64,000 bases of DNA from Eledone cirrhosa (lineage: Eukaryota). The translations under genes were made by a program, and so were the position numbers. The notes under the pieces were generated by a model. The model worked only from the letters and a program-made list of their open reading frames with translations. It did no database searches and was not told the DNA's origin. Shown piece by piece: positions 12,538 to 26,456 of the stretch (positions are counted from its first letter, which is position 1; every line of letters begins with the position of its first letter). The stretch lies in contig OZ024745.1 of NCBI GenBank assembly GCA_964016885.1, positions 121,458,001 through 121,522,000 on the forward strand. The letters are read 5' to 3'.

Positions 12538-13600
12538 TACATACATGCATACATACATACATACATACGTACATGTGTGTATGTATAATCTTCTGTGTAG
12601 AAGGTACAAATGCAACACTGTTGGTTTGAAGATGTCATTTGCTGTAAAATCTAAGTTGATTCAATTATGTCTTCAGAAGGGGTAAAGAAAAAATGAACAA
12701 CAATACCAAATATGTTATTTATGAAGAAAGAAAAAAAATATATATATATACACCTATGGTTTAGTTTAGTACTTTGTGTCAGTTGTTGTTTCAAGTAATA
12801 CAATACATTTGATTATATACATTGAATATACATACATGTATATTGTATAAACATATATAGTATATACACATACATACATGCATGCATACATGCATACATA
12901 CATACATACATACATACACATACATACATACATACATACATACATACATACAGGCATACATACATAATATATACATACATACATGCATACACACATACAT
13001 TCATAAATACATACATACATATTCACATACGTGCATGCATAAATACATACATACATTCATAGATACATAATATATACATACACACATGCATACATATACA
13101 CATACATACAAACACACATACGTGCATGCATAAATACATACATAGATACATAATATATACATACACACATGCATACATACATACACACATACATACAAAC
13201 ACACATACATACACGCACATACATACATACATACATACATACTTTCATATTGAATATGCGTGTGTTTGTATTTATACATATATACATATATATTTATATG
13301 ATATTTGCCTGACTTTGATACCTGTGTATTGAAATATTTGTACAAATGTAAGGTGAATATCACATGAATTACTATCACATTCTCTACAAACTCTAGTATT
13401 GAGTCCTTCCATTTTTTTTTTCCGTGGTCTACAAACAATAATGTGTATGTCTGTGTATATTCATATATATTATATATATATATATAAATATATGTATGTA
13501 TATGTATGTGTGTGTGTATGTGTGTATGTATGTATGTATGTATGTATGTATGTATGTATGTATGTATGTATGTATGTATGTATGTATATGTACTTACATG
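12324..13600. repeat. (TA)n/(TACA)n/(TATG)n microsatellite complex
   Basis: Seen directly; similar tracts at 5380-5610, 15000-15400, 16250-16645, 17770-18080, 19275-19620, 20990-21150, 21590-21830, 32165-32300, 33345-33500. Confidence 0.95.
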
Positions 13601-14231
13601 CACACAAACACGTATCAACTTCTTGTACATATAATGTGACTATGTTATTTCTATTGTTGTTGTTACTTGAATATTACTATTAATATTGTTAGCCATATGT
13701 ATTAACTCTTAACATCCTGTACCATACAAAACCAATATGGATCAACTCTTAACATTCTGCACCAAACAGCACTACAACTATATAACTCTTATAGCTTATA
13801 GCTTAATGAACACAACCACAAGGATATGGTCCGAACATGGAACAGTAAAATTGAAAGTCTTTGCTCTAATACTGCAAATTTTTACAATAAACTTTCCTCT
13901 AGTAAAAATACTATAAACATTTCAATTACCAGCCACATGAAACCACATTACATGACATTCTTGAAAATTACAAAACAACACTATGACTGCATCACATTGA
14001 AAATGAATGTCTTTACTTAGGTTTGCTGCAATTGTTCACAACAATCTGTCCAGGAAACATTTGTTTAAATAACAAATTAGTTTGGAAGTAACAAAGCAAT
14101 TTTTTTACCTAATTTTTGCTAAATTATTAGTGTGTTAGAAGTTAAGTACAGAATTGGTTTCACATAAATGATATGGATGCCTCAGTTGGGTTTTTTAAGG
14201 GTTTATGAACATATTTTTTTGTGATGTAGAG

Positions 14232-14920
14232 CAAAGGTCCCCAACCATTGGGCCTTGGACCGGTACCGGGCCACAAAGAAATAATTAACTTGTTTAAAAT
14301 TATATAATAGATAAATTGAATATTGGACTTTTAATTTAAAGAGATTTAAGTAATTTTGAAAACCATACGATGCAATAGAAAATCAAAAGTGCTAAGATAA
14401 CAAAAGAAACTTACTTCAGCAAATTTAATAATCCCAAATATTTTCGGGTTTAAAAACACACTTGTTAGGAAGGCAGATTTAAGTTAAATCTGCCTTCCTA
14501 ACAAGTCATCTCCGATCGATCCTTTCGATCCTTTAAGTCTCTCACAAGGATACTCCCTTGATAAGGGGTTTTTAAACCTGAAAATATTTGGGATTATTAA
14601 ATTTGCTAAAGTAGGATTCTATTGTTGTCTTGGCACTTTTGATTTTCTAATGCATTGTATGGTTTTCAAAATTATTTATATTTATCTTCCAATTTAACAT
14701 TGCTTCAAGCAAACTACAACACTCTGTTAAAAAGATTTGTTTAAATATTCAATATTCATATACTCAATACATTTTTTCTTCCCTTTAATAAATTGCTCTT
14801 TTTATTATTGCCCTCTTTATCGAACTGCACTTAAATAATACATATGTGCAACTACCGGTCCGTGGAAAGATTGTCCAGCATGAAGTCGGTCCTTGGTATA
14901 AAAAAGGTTGTAGACTGCTG
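14232..14920. mobile_element. hAT (Charlie-like) non-autonomous element with a nested palindrome
   Basis: Ends CAAAGGTCCCCAACC ... GGTTGTAGACTGCTG; perfect 8 bp TSD ATGTAGAG (14224-14231 and 14921-14928). Confidence 0.85.
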
Positions 14921-15052
14921 ATGTAGAGGAAACAAAATGAATTTGAAAGTAGCTATATTAAATTTTATCAAGAGAATGAATATAATCTGGTATTGACATA
15001 GAGGATTATATATGTATGTATGTGTGTACATATATCTTTAGCATTATATATA

Positions 15053-15088
<36 letters not shown>

Positions 15089-15180
15089 ATCTGGTATTGA
15101 CATAGAGGATTATATATGTATGTATGTGTGTACATATATCTTTAGCATTATATATATATATATGTGTATATATATATATA

Positions 15181-15221
<41 letters not shown>

Positions 15222-15368
15222 ATATATATATATATATATGTGTATATATATATAATCAGGATGAAACCAGTATTAAAATAGTTAGGTTATTATTCAACAG
15301 AGTACTCAAGTCAGGAATTAGCTGCCACGCGCCCCTCCCCCAACACTTTCTTATATATATATATATAC

Positions 15369-15406
<38 letters not shown>

Positions 15407-15523
15407 ATACTTTGGGAGGGTCATGCTGCCAATAAAAACACATGCACCTGTTGGTTTTCACTTCAATTTATTATAAGTTTCCTGTTGGCTGGTTGGTTTG
15501 ATAACCAGAAGGTTATTTATATA

Positions 15524-15571
15524 TTGTCAAAGCTCTTTCGTCACACATTCTGTGACCTCCTCAGTGACTAG
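15524..15571 (-). ncRNA. Minimal (Penelope-type) type I hammerhead ribozyme candidate
   Basis: Minus strand: GUCA-CUGAGGA-G-GUCACA gaaug UGUGAC-GAA-AGAGCU-U^UGAC. Confidence 0.6.
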
Positions 15572-16047
15572 GTTTTTATTTTGTGTCTTTCCTTCGTTCT
15601 GTCCTACACTATCTATAGGATAAGATCATTTGTTTTGTGGATTAGGTTTTTCATATATATATATATCTTAGTCTTAGGTTCTTCCACGCCTTTCAGCACA
15701 TCGGTCATTAAGTAATTGCCGATGATCACAATCAGCAGGAGCGTTTTCGCTTCCATGCCAAGTGATTTTGGCTGCCATCAGGCTTACACACACACACACA
15801 CACATACACACACACATACATATACTCACTCATGCATGCACACACACACACATATGGAAGATAAGAAAAATCAGTTGGAAATGATTTACAAGTGGTTGTG
15901 ATGTTAAGTTTTGATGTTATAGTAAATAGTTATGTTTTTACTTAGTATAATTTCTTACAGAGATGCAACATATGTATAGTTTCTTATTAGTGTGAGTGTG
16001 AGTGTGAGTGTGAGTGTTGGGAAGTGAAAGTGACTGTGGCTGTTATG

Positions 16048-16162
16048 TTAACCTTTAGTGTGTTAGTAATTTTCATGAGTTGCTTCCCTTGACTCTGCAT
16101 TATGTATTAAAGGGAGATTACTCTATGGTGCATTATGTCACCAACAGTGTGTTAAAGATTAT
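16048..16162. mobile_element. Short TTAA-flanked MITE
   Basis: TTAACCTTTAG...TTAAAGRTTA; copies at 40456-40589 and 50906-51020. Confidence 0.6.
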
Positions 16163-16249
16163 TAAAGGAAATTACATCAAATAATGTGAAGACAATTCAG
16201 CTTACTAATAGATAAATTATATGAGCATGTATATAGGTACATGTGTAAG

Positions 16250-16294
<45 letters not shown>

Positions 16295-17053
16295 ATATAT
16301 ATGTATATATATATATATGTGTGTGTATATATATATGTGTATAAATATATGTATATATATATATATATGAATATTTAACTGCACCAACCACAGGATACCA
16401 TATCTACAATGGATGATTTGCATAAATTTGAGTGCTTTAATTTATTGCATCATCGTTTATTAACCGAACTGACCAGTTCTACCCATTGGTAATCATGATA
16501 ATTTAAATGGTATATATATATATCTATATACATATATGTATATACATATATATATATATGTATATACATATATGTATATACATATATGTGTATATATATA
16601 TACATATATATATATATGTATACATATATGTGTATATATATATAATCATAACAGATATTTTAAATGATACTAGAGCAGATTCCATGCAACCCATTTGTGT
16701 GGTTAGAAATACAGATAGTTGCTTCTTGTGTAATATGTAAAACTAATCAAAGCTAATTACAGTTAATTAGAGTGTGAAGCAACAAGCTTTTATAAATACT
16801 CCAATAATTAAAACTGCTAGTGAAGAGACCTGCTCCTATTTTCTATTTTATCTGAGATGATATAATCAGAAATATCTGAAATCACCAAAGACATGTTCTT
16901 CTTGAAAAGCCTCCCTCCAATTTTCATATATAATATAAACATTCATACTTACACCACATCTGTTTTCTAAAGATTTTTTCACTTAAAACGACTGAAAAAT
17001 ATTTATTTATTTAAAACAGTGTTGTCTCGAAAATCAAGTTGAGTGTATTAGAG

Positions 17054-17549
17054 TTTATAGAATAATTTGAAACTCAAAGCAAAGAAAACTGCCAAAACAG
17101 CAAAATATCGTCAATGACGATGTTGGATAAAGACTTACCTCAAGGACAGGAATAAATGGCAGGAAGTGTGTTGGTCCAGAGAAGTGGTAGAGAGGAGCAG
17201 AGGGAGCAGATGGAAGAATGAAAATGAATGAGACAAAAGGACCATACATCATATTGCATCATCAGCCCCAGCACCAGCATGTAGTTTCATGTGAATTTAA
17301 GCTTAAATTTGAGTAAAACTACTTGCCGGTGCCGGGCTGATGACGCAATATGATGTTGTGTGTTTCTTTTGTCTCATTCATTTCCATTCTTCCATCTTCT
17401 CCCTCTTCTCCATATCAATTCTCTGGGCCCAAACACTTCCAGTCGTTTATTCCTGTCTTTGAGGTAAGTCTTTACCCAACATCGTCATTGACTGTATTTT
17501 ATTGTTTTGGCAGTTTTCCTTTGCATTGAGTTTCAAATTTTTCTATAAA
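17054..17549. repeat. ~496 bp spacer-less imperfect palindrome (foldback element)
   Basis: Arms are reverse complements centred on AATTTAAG|CTTAAATT at 17301/17302. Confidence 0.9.
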
Positions 17550-17899
17550 TTTATTTATTTATTTATTAATACATGTATTTGTTATCTGGCATTGATATGC
17601 CATGGATGTCTCCTCACCTTTTCAATATGTAATTAAATATGAAATATGAAATGTCGGTGTCCCAACACAAATAACCATAATAGTAGTTGATCACTATGAA
17701 TAATTGTTGAGAAAAAGTAGATGGAGGTGCCTGCAATATTTATATATGTGTATAATTGTAACTATCTTCTCCATCTATCTTTCTATCAATCTATCTATCT
17801 GTCTATCTATCGATCTATCTACTTATCTACCTACTTATCTATATGTGCACGAATACATACACACACACACACACATCTATATATGTATAAGTATATACA

Positions 17900-17975
<76 letters not shown>

Positions 17976-18514
17976 AGTGTGTGTATATATATATATATAT
18001 CATTTATCTGTTTGTCTCTCTCTCTAACTCCCCCCCCCCCCCCACACACACACACACACACATGCACATGCACATGCACACTAGCTGTTTGTATTTATTT
18101 CATGATCAGGCATAATTTGTAGTCACAACAAAAAATACAACATTTACAATATACGTTAGTCTATTATTATATTACACGTTCCAGCTGAAAGGCTGAGGAC
18201 ATGCTGGGACACTGCATTGTTATAATGAAAACAGAAACAATACCTATAATAATAGGTGCTCTGGGAATAATAAAAAAAACACAGACAAATACATAACGAT
18301 AGACTTACAAATATATACAGCATACAAAAGATAACACTACTAGGCACTGCACATATATTACTAAAAGTACTAGCAATACAATAGAAACAACATTAACAAA
18401 AACTACACTTCTCATACCCAAGGTGCACAGAGCTGTGCTCAGTAAAGCAGTAATGATGCACAATAAAAATAATAATGAAAATAATAATAATAATAACTAA
18501 ATAATTTACTACAT

Positions 18515-19015
18515 TCTGAGAAGTGGTATGAGCATAAGCCAGAGTAGGTGATAGAAAACGACCAGGTGAAGGTGCTGTGGGATATCAGGATACAGACAGA
18601 CAAGAAATTAGAACCCAATAGGTCTGACCTGGTGGTTTTGGTCAAGGAAAAAAATTGTGCCTGATTGTAGATGTAGCCTGCTCCTTTGACACGAGAGTGC
18701 AAGAAAAGGAGAGGGAGAAAATTAACTGATACCAGGACTTAAAATTGGGAGTTAAAAGGATTTGGGACTGTGATGAGATCAATGTTGTCCCAATTGCCAT
18801 AAGAGCACTAGGTACTATCTCAAAGAGTTTTCAAGGATGGTAAAAGAACATTAGTCCAGCCCCCATTTTTGGAACACCTCAAAAGCCATGCTTGTTGGGA
18901 ACAGCAAGAACCCTCCGATACGTCCTGAATATCTGAGGCTGCAGGTAGCGGCTTGATATTCATTTCAACAAACTTTCCAGTTAACTAACATCAATGACTG
19001 AGACTCCCAAGAATG

Positions 19016-19058
<43 letters not shown>
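18515..19058 (+). mobile_element. R4/Dong-clade non-LTR retrotransposon 3' fragment (restriction-like endonuclease)
   Basis: KWYEHKP..VIENDQVKVLWDIRIQTDKKLEPNRSDLVV...DVA...YQDLK...VVPIAIRALG...CLLGTARTLRYVL; flanked by (TAA)n on both sides. Confidence 0.85.
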
Positions 19059-19060
<2 letters not shown>

Positions 19061-21091
19061 CTTTCTTTATTAACCACAAGGGTTTACATAAAGTAGACAT
19101 TAAGGACAATACAGGACGGTACAAATGGGCATTTCTGCGTGTAAAAAAACAGAGGATAATAATAATAATAACAAATATGAGGACAGTGTTAACAACAACT
19201 ATAATAATCCAGATAAGATTAACAGAGGACAAATGCTCAAAAAGACATATCAAAAGATAGTATAATATATATATGTGGTGTGGTGTGTGGTGTGTGGTGT
19301 GGTGTGGTGTGGTGTGGTGTGGTGTGCATCTGTGTGTGTGTGCGAAAGAGAGAGAGAGACTCTCTTTCCTTGATTCTAACATTTCTATAGCCATTCTTCA
19401 AATTCCTTCTTGATCATTGCAACTACTCTCTCTCTCTCTCACCCCCTCTCTCTCTTTCTCTCATCCTCTCTTTCTTTCTCTCTAACTCTCTCTCTCCCTC
19501 CTCTCTCTCTCTCTCTCTCTCATCCTCTCACTCTTCCCCTTCTCCCCACGTCTCTCTCCCTCCCTCTCCCCACATCTCTCTCACCCCTCTCCCTCCCTCT
19601 CCCGCCCTCTCTCTCCTCTGCCAGTTCCCATAGACTTATCTATATGTCCAACTATCTCACTTATCTTTGCTCTCAGTCTCTCCTTTCTTGCTATATATCT
19701 CTTCTTATCTTTTAACAAAACTATAACTTCAATCAGTCCTCATTTTATATTTTTTTTCTTCCACATCTATATGTGTATTTTCACACTAATACCAGCAGTT
19801 ATCATACTTTTATACCTATCAATGTAAACCTTCTTTGATGTCTACTCCATTGCTAACATATTTTCTAATTCCCACTGATTACATTTTGTCAAGGTATTCA
19901 GTTTTGTGAAACAGCCAGCTGTGTATTCCAGTTGATTTTGTTAACCCTTAATTTGTTCGTTTTTAAAATATTTGTAACCTTAATTATTTAATATGAAGAA
20001 CTATTCAGTAATTATCCACTGAATTAATTGTTTAACTGAGCAACATGTAACTCCATGTCATAATGAATTGGTCATAGGGATGATTCATTTGCACACATGA
20101 ACATAAGAGCACATACATTGAATGTACATAACTGTATACATACATATATACATACTTATATATGAACACACATAAAAACATACATACACACACACACACT
20201 CATACACACATACATATAAATAGGTACAGAAGTGAAATCACAAACACACAAATGCATATAAATGTGTGTGTGTGTGTATGTGTGTACGTATGTATGTATG
20301 TAGAAATCAAGCCAGAATCAGTTCCAGTATGAGCAAGACAAGGCCAGCCGACTGGACACCACCTACAACAGGACAACCCGTCTAACCCATGCTAGCATAG
20401 AACAACAGACATAAAATGGTGAAAATGATGATGATATATATATATATATGTATGTACGTCGGGTCACTCTTGAATGCTACTGGTAACATGTAACCCAGTA
20501 CAACCTGTCGCATGGTCGGGTCGTCGGCGACTAAACCGGCAACCCCACCAAGTTTACTTGGTGAGGAGGGTGATTTTGGACACCCTGCAGGACAAAAAAC
20601 AAAACCTGACAAAGGGCGGAAGAACTCATAAGAGTCAACGGCCATCCAAAAGTGTGTAAATATGTATATACACATGTACCGCGCGGTTAAGCCGCTGGGA
20701 GTGAAGAACCCCTAGCCTTTGTCAGGGCATTCTTATAGAAGAAGGCATCTCAGGAAACTGGGATAACTCCGACATAAAACCTGCGGCTCAGTAGTTACCG
20801 ATGATGTTGATCTTTTCTTCCTTTCGGGTTATAGCTACTGTCACTCAGAGAGTGGGATTGGCTCAGTGCACAGTCTTTCCTCACTTTAAAGAATATCTTC
20901 ATGCACAGGCATTGCACGATAGAATTAATTAATAATTATTAATAAGGGTATATCGTGCAATGGCCATACTCGATAACGAGGGGGCAGCCATCATGTATGT
21001 ATACGTATGTATGTATGTATGTATATATATATGTATGTATCTATATCTATATATGTATGTATATATATATATATGCATATATATGTATGTA

Positions 21092-21148
<57 letters not shown>

Positions 21149-21663
21149 CCTTACCATGTGTGTATTCATACATTAATATAGACATATAAATGGGTTTGGA
21201 CATGGCTATAAGGTTAAGAAATCTGCTTCACAATTATGCGTTTTCAAGTTTGACTCCACTGCTTTGTTCTTTAGACAAGTGTCTTCTACCCTAGCTACAG
21301 GGTATTGAATTCACCAAAGCCTTGTATGTGAACTTTGGTAGACAGAAACTGTGTGGAAGCCTATTAGGGGTAAACATTCCTATTCTTTGGTGGTTGGCCT
21401 AGTCTGTCATCTAGTTTAATACCTCCATCTGGTCCTTGGGTGCTTTTAGCAGATTTGACTCTGTTGCAAGCATTGGGGTTGGGTCCCTGGTGTGAGCATA
21501 ACTTCCTCCTTCCCACCAGTTACAGAAACCCTGAAAAGGGGTCAAATTGTCATGAGCTCAGCCCTTCCTCATAGTCATACATACATGAGTGCACACACAT
21601 GTATATATATATATATATGTGTGTGTGTGTATATATATATATATATGTGTATATATATATATA

Positions 21664-21766
<103 letters not shown>

Positions 21767-22885
21767 ATGTATACATATATGTATATATATATATGTATAA
21801 ATATATACATATGTACACACACATACACTTACACAGAAATTACTCAGAATGAGATACATCCTCACACATTTACATATGAAGACAATCTGGTTTTGTGGGG
21901 GGGAAAGGTGTTAGAAAAACTATTTCACTTGTTCATTTGTATTTTTTTATTTATTTCCTGCCTCCACCACCAAACAAATCATTATTCACCCATTTTTGCC
22001 AATATTTGATACACAAACATACGTGCATGTTCCTGTCATTTTACTGAAAATTCTGTATCTTATATTTACCATTTCATCAAAGACTGAGATAATTTGTTTT
22101 GTTTCTTTTGAGAGGAAAACTTGCAGAATAGGTACATTTTCAATTGTTAATGTGTTGATATTCACCCAAACTAGGGGCAATAGATTGGCAGAATTGTTAG
22201 GGCATCCAATAAAATGTGGGTAGTATCTAGTTAACTCCCTTTAAATTCTGAATCCAAATTTTGCTGAAATTAACTTTACTGTTCAGTTTTCTAGAAGATC
22301 AATGAAATAAGAACCAATAATGTATTGAGCTTGAGTAAGGCAACTATAGCCTTCTTTTGTCCAGAAAATATGATCTTGTATCAATGTTATAAATGAATAA
22401 AAAGACACTGCCTATCATTTTAAATCATTTAAAAAATTATCAAGAATGCGGAATTTCTCATTATTTATCTGCTGTTTGAAGCATAACTTAGTTTCTTAGA
22501 TAAAATTACAATGGAAGGTTTTTAAATAAATATAAACACTTTGTATCATAGAACTAGAGGAAGTTTCAGGCAATTTTGTATCATAGAACTAGGGGATGTT
22601 TCGGGTTATTTGGTATAACAGAACTAGGGGAAGTTTCAGGCAATTTGGTATCATAGAACTAGGGGGAGTTTCAGTCAATTTGGTATGAAAATGGTTAAAG
22701 TGAAAGTTATTTAATGAAATTTTATGATAAGCAAGGAAGATGTCCCTGAGTATCTGCAATATTGGTTTCTAATTTAAGCACAAGGCTAGCAAATTTGAAA
22801 GAGACCAATGTCAATTGAATTAACATCAGTACTTGACTAGAATTTTATTTTCTTGACCCTGGAAGGATGAACGGTAAAGTTGACC

Positions 22886-23249
22886 TTAACCCTTTCATGA
22901 CCATATTTCTAATGAAATACACTCTGTTTCAATTAGTGATTGAAGAATTTTGAGGGATTTACTAAAATTATCAATTATTTCATTACTAAGATTGTAACTT
23001 AATGTAAGATTCTTATATAAAACTATGTTGGAAGATATAAATTTAAATTGGAAACCTCTAAAATGGGTGATTTTATTTCATAGTATCAGAACCAGTTTTG
23101 GCCGGGTTGGTGAGATAGTAACTTAATGTAAGGTTCTTACATAAAATTATTTTGGAAGATATAAATTTAAATTGGAAACCTTTAAAATGGGTGATTTTAT
23201 TTCATAGAATCAGAGCCAGTTTTAGCTGGGTTTGTAACAAAAGGGTTAA
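22886..23249. mobile_element. piggyBac-like MITE, second family
   Basis: TTAACCCTTTCATGAC...GTAACAAAAGGGTTAA with an internal ~117 bp duplication; relatives at about 51290-51640 and 62620-62868. Confidence 0.7.
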
Positions 23250-23898
23250 TGAGATTTGAATGAGCCTCTATAATATTGAAAATGTACCTATTCTACATTG
23301 TACCAAATACTCCCCTTGGGGTATTTTCCCCTCACTCATATTGTTGATATTCCACAGGATGATATTTTTTGTCAAAGAGAATTTGTTGAACTATTTACTT
23401 TTCTCTATGCTGTCGTATAAATAAAAAATATGGTCTTCTTGCCTATATACATATATATTTTGCTGTTTCACATTTTCTTTCTAATTCTTTTCCCTTTCTA
23501 CATGCTTTATTGTATTTAACTCTTTCATCACCATATTTCTAATAAAAGACACTGTCTATGATTTTTCAAATAATTTTGAAAATAACCAGAAATTTAACCC
23601 TTTAACATTTACATTACTCTATATATACTATTGTATTTTCATGGTAAACACTTTACCTTACATAATTATCTCACATAATATCAAATCTATGAGACTTTGA
23701 TTAACTTTGCCTTTCATCCTTACGGGGTCAATAAAATAAAGTTCCAGTAATACTCTGGGGTAATTGCTGACCTTGTGCCAAAAGTAGAAACAATTATTTA
23801 TTTTAAGAACAATACCTTAAAGTCAATTTGAGGGGCAAGTTACAGCTGATTTGAACAGAAAAAGGTGAGATAATTCTGGCCGGATATGGCCGGTTTAA

Positions 23899-25305
23899 TT
23901 GACAAAGAATGAATTCCAGCTTGGTTCCTTCATTAATACGGTGTATACATTTAGTGCTGACATCAGAATGGAGTTTGTATTAAAAAAGTGTGGTGTGTTA
24001 ATCTTGAACAGAGGCAAAATTAAAAACACTGAGGGGTTGGTGCTGCCATCAGGAAAGGTTTTGAAGGAAATAGAAGAGGAAGGTTATAAGTAGTTAGGGA
24101 TATTGGAAGTTGATCAGATAATTTAGGAGGAGATATATGAGTGGTATCACTCCTTAGATATTGGGTGGGGGTGATCACATGGACAGTGGAAGAGCTAAAC
24201 AGCTTAGACTGAAAAACAAGAAAGATGTTGACTAGATATGGGAGTATTTCACCCAAAGATCGACACAAACAAATTATATGAACCAAGAAAAAGAGGAGGA
24301 AGAGTATTGATAGGGTGTGAAGACAGCATTAGAACAGAAGAAAATAACATGGTGGGGTACATAAAATATTCCACAGAACCACTGTTGCTGGAAGTAAGAA
24401 GGTCAGAGAATGTGCAAAATAGAAGATTGAAGAAAAAACACAGTACAAACATTTGAAGATGGATGAAACTGAAAGTAGATGGATGTTGAAGATAGAACAG
24501 ACAGAGAAAAGGTGGTTATGGATGGCTAAAAGTGATATAAAACCAGAAACAGGAGCCTTAATCTGTGCTGCTCAACAACAAGCACTAAGAACTAACTACA
24601 TTAAGCATAGAGTAAACCACACAGCAGACAGTGATAAGTGAAGACTTTGTGGCATGAAACTGTATGGTATATTACCAGTCAATGTATGTCACTAGCTCTG
24701 AAGGAATATAAGAGATATCACGATAACATAGCAAGGATGGTCCATTGGGCACTTTGTGGCAAATATGTACTTGACAGAGCAGAAAAGTAGTACAAACATA
24801 ACCCTGAGGGCGTTATTGAAAATGATGATGCAAAGATCCTGTGGGACTTTGTGATACAGTGTGACCATGAGATTGAACATAGGAGACCAGATATTGAATT
24901 AATTGAAAAAGAAAGCAAACTCTTAGATCAGCTATAACCTCTCCAGCTGATAAAGTATGTGATAAAGATAGGGAAAAAATTGATATATACGACAGGTTAG
25001 CTTGGGTGGCTAAGCAGTTGTGATCACTGAAGAAGATGGTAGTAATACCAACAATAGTTGGAATCTTAGGAACAGTGGGTAAAGATCTTGATAAGTACAT
25101 TAAACAAATAGGGATTGCAATATGGATAAAACACTTACAGAAGACATCATTGCCTGTTGGAACAGCTTGAATACTCTGGAGGGTACTCAAAAAATAAGGG
25201 GTAGGGGGGGGGGGGGGGTACCTCAGTTCACTGGTAGTGCACCACTAACACTCTAATACATCTCCAGCATTAGAAGCTGAGAGAAAAAAACAATAATAAT
25301 AATAA
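23899..25305 (+). mobile_element. Degenerate R4/Dong-clade LINE (RT C-terminus, zinc knuckle, RLE)
   Basis: FSADIRMEFVLKKC, HPKIDTNKLYEPRKRGGRVL, ETGALICAAQQQALRTNY, ENDDAKILWDFVIQCDHEIEHRRPDI; (AAT)n tail. Confidence 0.85.
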
Positions 25306-25639
25306 TGGTGTCTACTATAGGCACAAGGCCAGCAATTTGGGGAGAGGGAAAAGTCGATTAAATCGACCCAGTGCATTACTGGTGCCTTATTTTATCGATC
25401 CTGTAAGGATGAAAGACAAAGCTAACCTCAACGGGATTTGAACTCAGAACGTAAAGGGACATAACTATGCTGCAAAGCATGCTATCTAACGCTCTACTGA
25501 TACTGCCAAAATAATAACAAAGCTGATGTACATAGGTTGTATATCTCAAGGTGGACGGGGGCCCCAACAACTAGAAACTGCATACAAAACAGCAACCATT
25601 GGATTGGATAGCTACCTCCACCACACCCAAGAAGATAAA

Positions 25640-26138
25640 AAAAAAGCTAAGCATGTTCTGCAACACAAGGACCAAAGGCATGAGGTGTTCAGGATTGCAA
25701 GACAATGTGTCAGGGAAAATTGTGATGTCATTGGGGAGATGTAATGGGATCCCAGGCTGGTTATCAAAGAATGTAGCTTTCATATGTAGCCAATGCAGAG
25801 GTGCAGTGAGTAGCAAGAACCCACAGGCTATGAGCTCCTTCAAATGCACAGACAGCTCTGTAGAAATAGTTGACAGTTATGTTACCTGGGTGGCCAAATC
25901 AGCAGTGGAGGAGAGTGTTCCAAAAGTACAGTAGCCAGAGTAAGAATAGGATGGAAAAAGTTCAAAAAGCTACTAGCACTGCTAACTACAAAAGGATTTT
26001 CCCTCAAAATGAAGCAAGGATTGCATGATGCATGTATATGAACAGCAATGTTGCATGGTAGTGAGACCTGCACGCTATGTATAGAGGACCTGGGAAGATT
26101 GAAAAGAAATGAAGCCTGCATTCTCCAATGGATATGTA
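25640..26138 (+). mobile_element. Degenerate RTE fragments
   Basis: DQRHEVFRIARQCVRENCDVIG; RIGWKKFKKLLALLTTKGF. Confidence 0.8.
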
Positions 26139-26139
26139 A

Positions 26140-26232
26140 TCTATATATATAAAACTGAGGATGTCTGTCTGTGTGTGTGTGTGAGTTTGAATCCCTAAAA
26201 CTAGAGAAGCACCCAACTGACTATTTTCAAAC
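26140..26232 (+). mobile_element. Helitron 5' fragment
   Basis: A|TCTATATATATAAAACTGAGGATGTCTGTCTGTG, nearly identical to the 5' end of the 46556-47182 element. Confidence 0.75.
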
Positions 26233-26389
26233 CTCCCAGTTCCACACTGTAAATGTGGTTGGTGTTAGAAAGGGCATCCAGCCGTAGAAAGTCCGCCAGA
26301 CAGTCCTATGCGAGCTAGACAACCACTCTTGCCTCAAGTGGGAAAACTCCCGTCCAAACCCATGCAAGCGTGGAATATGGACGTTAAAC

Positions 26390-26422
<33 letters not shown>

Positions 26423-26456
26423 TATAAGATCAAAAGATGGTTAAAAGAGTTCCATG

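Noticed and set aside
12203-13683. YIYI / MYVC ORFs here and elsewhere
   Set aside because: Microsatellite translations.
15680-15786. Further hammerhead-like hairpins on the minus strand (CTGATGG...GGAAGCGAAAACGCTC)
   Set aside because: Two or more core substitutions and stem I out of register; at best a decayed remnant.
17330-17370. Hammerhead at CTGATGA in the long palindrome
   Set aside because: No correctly placed GAAA or stem III on either arm.
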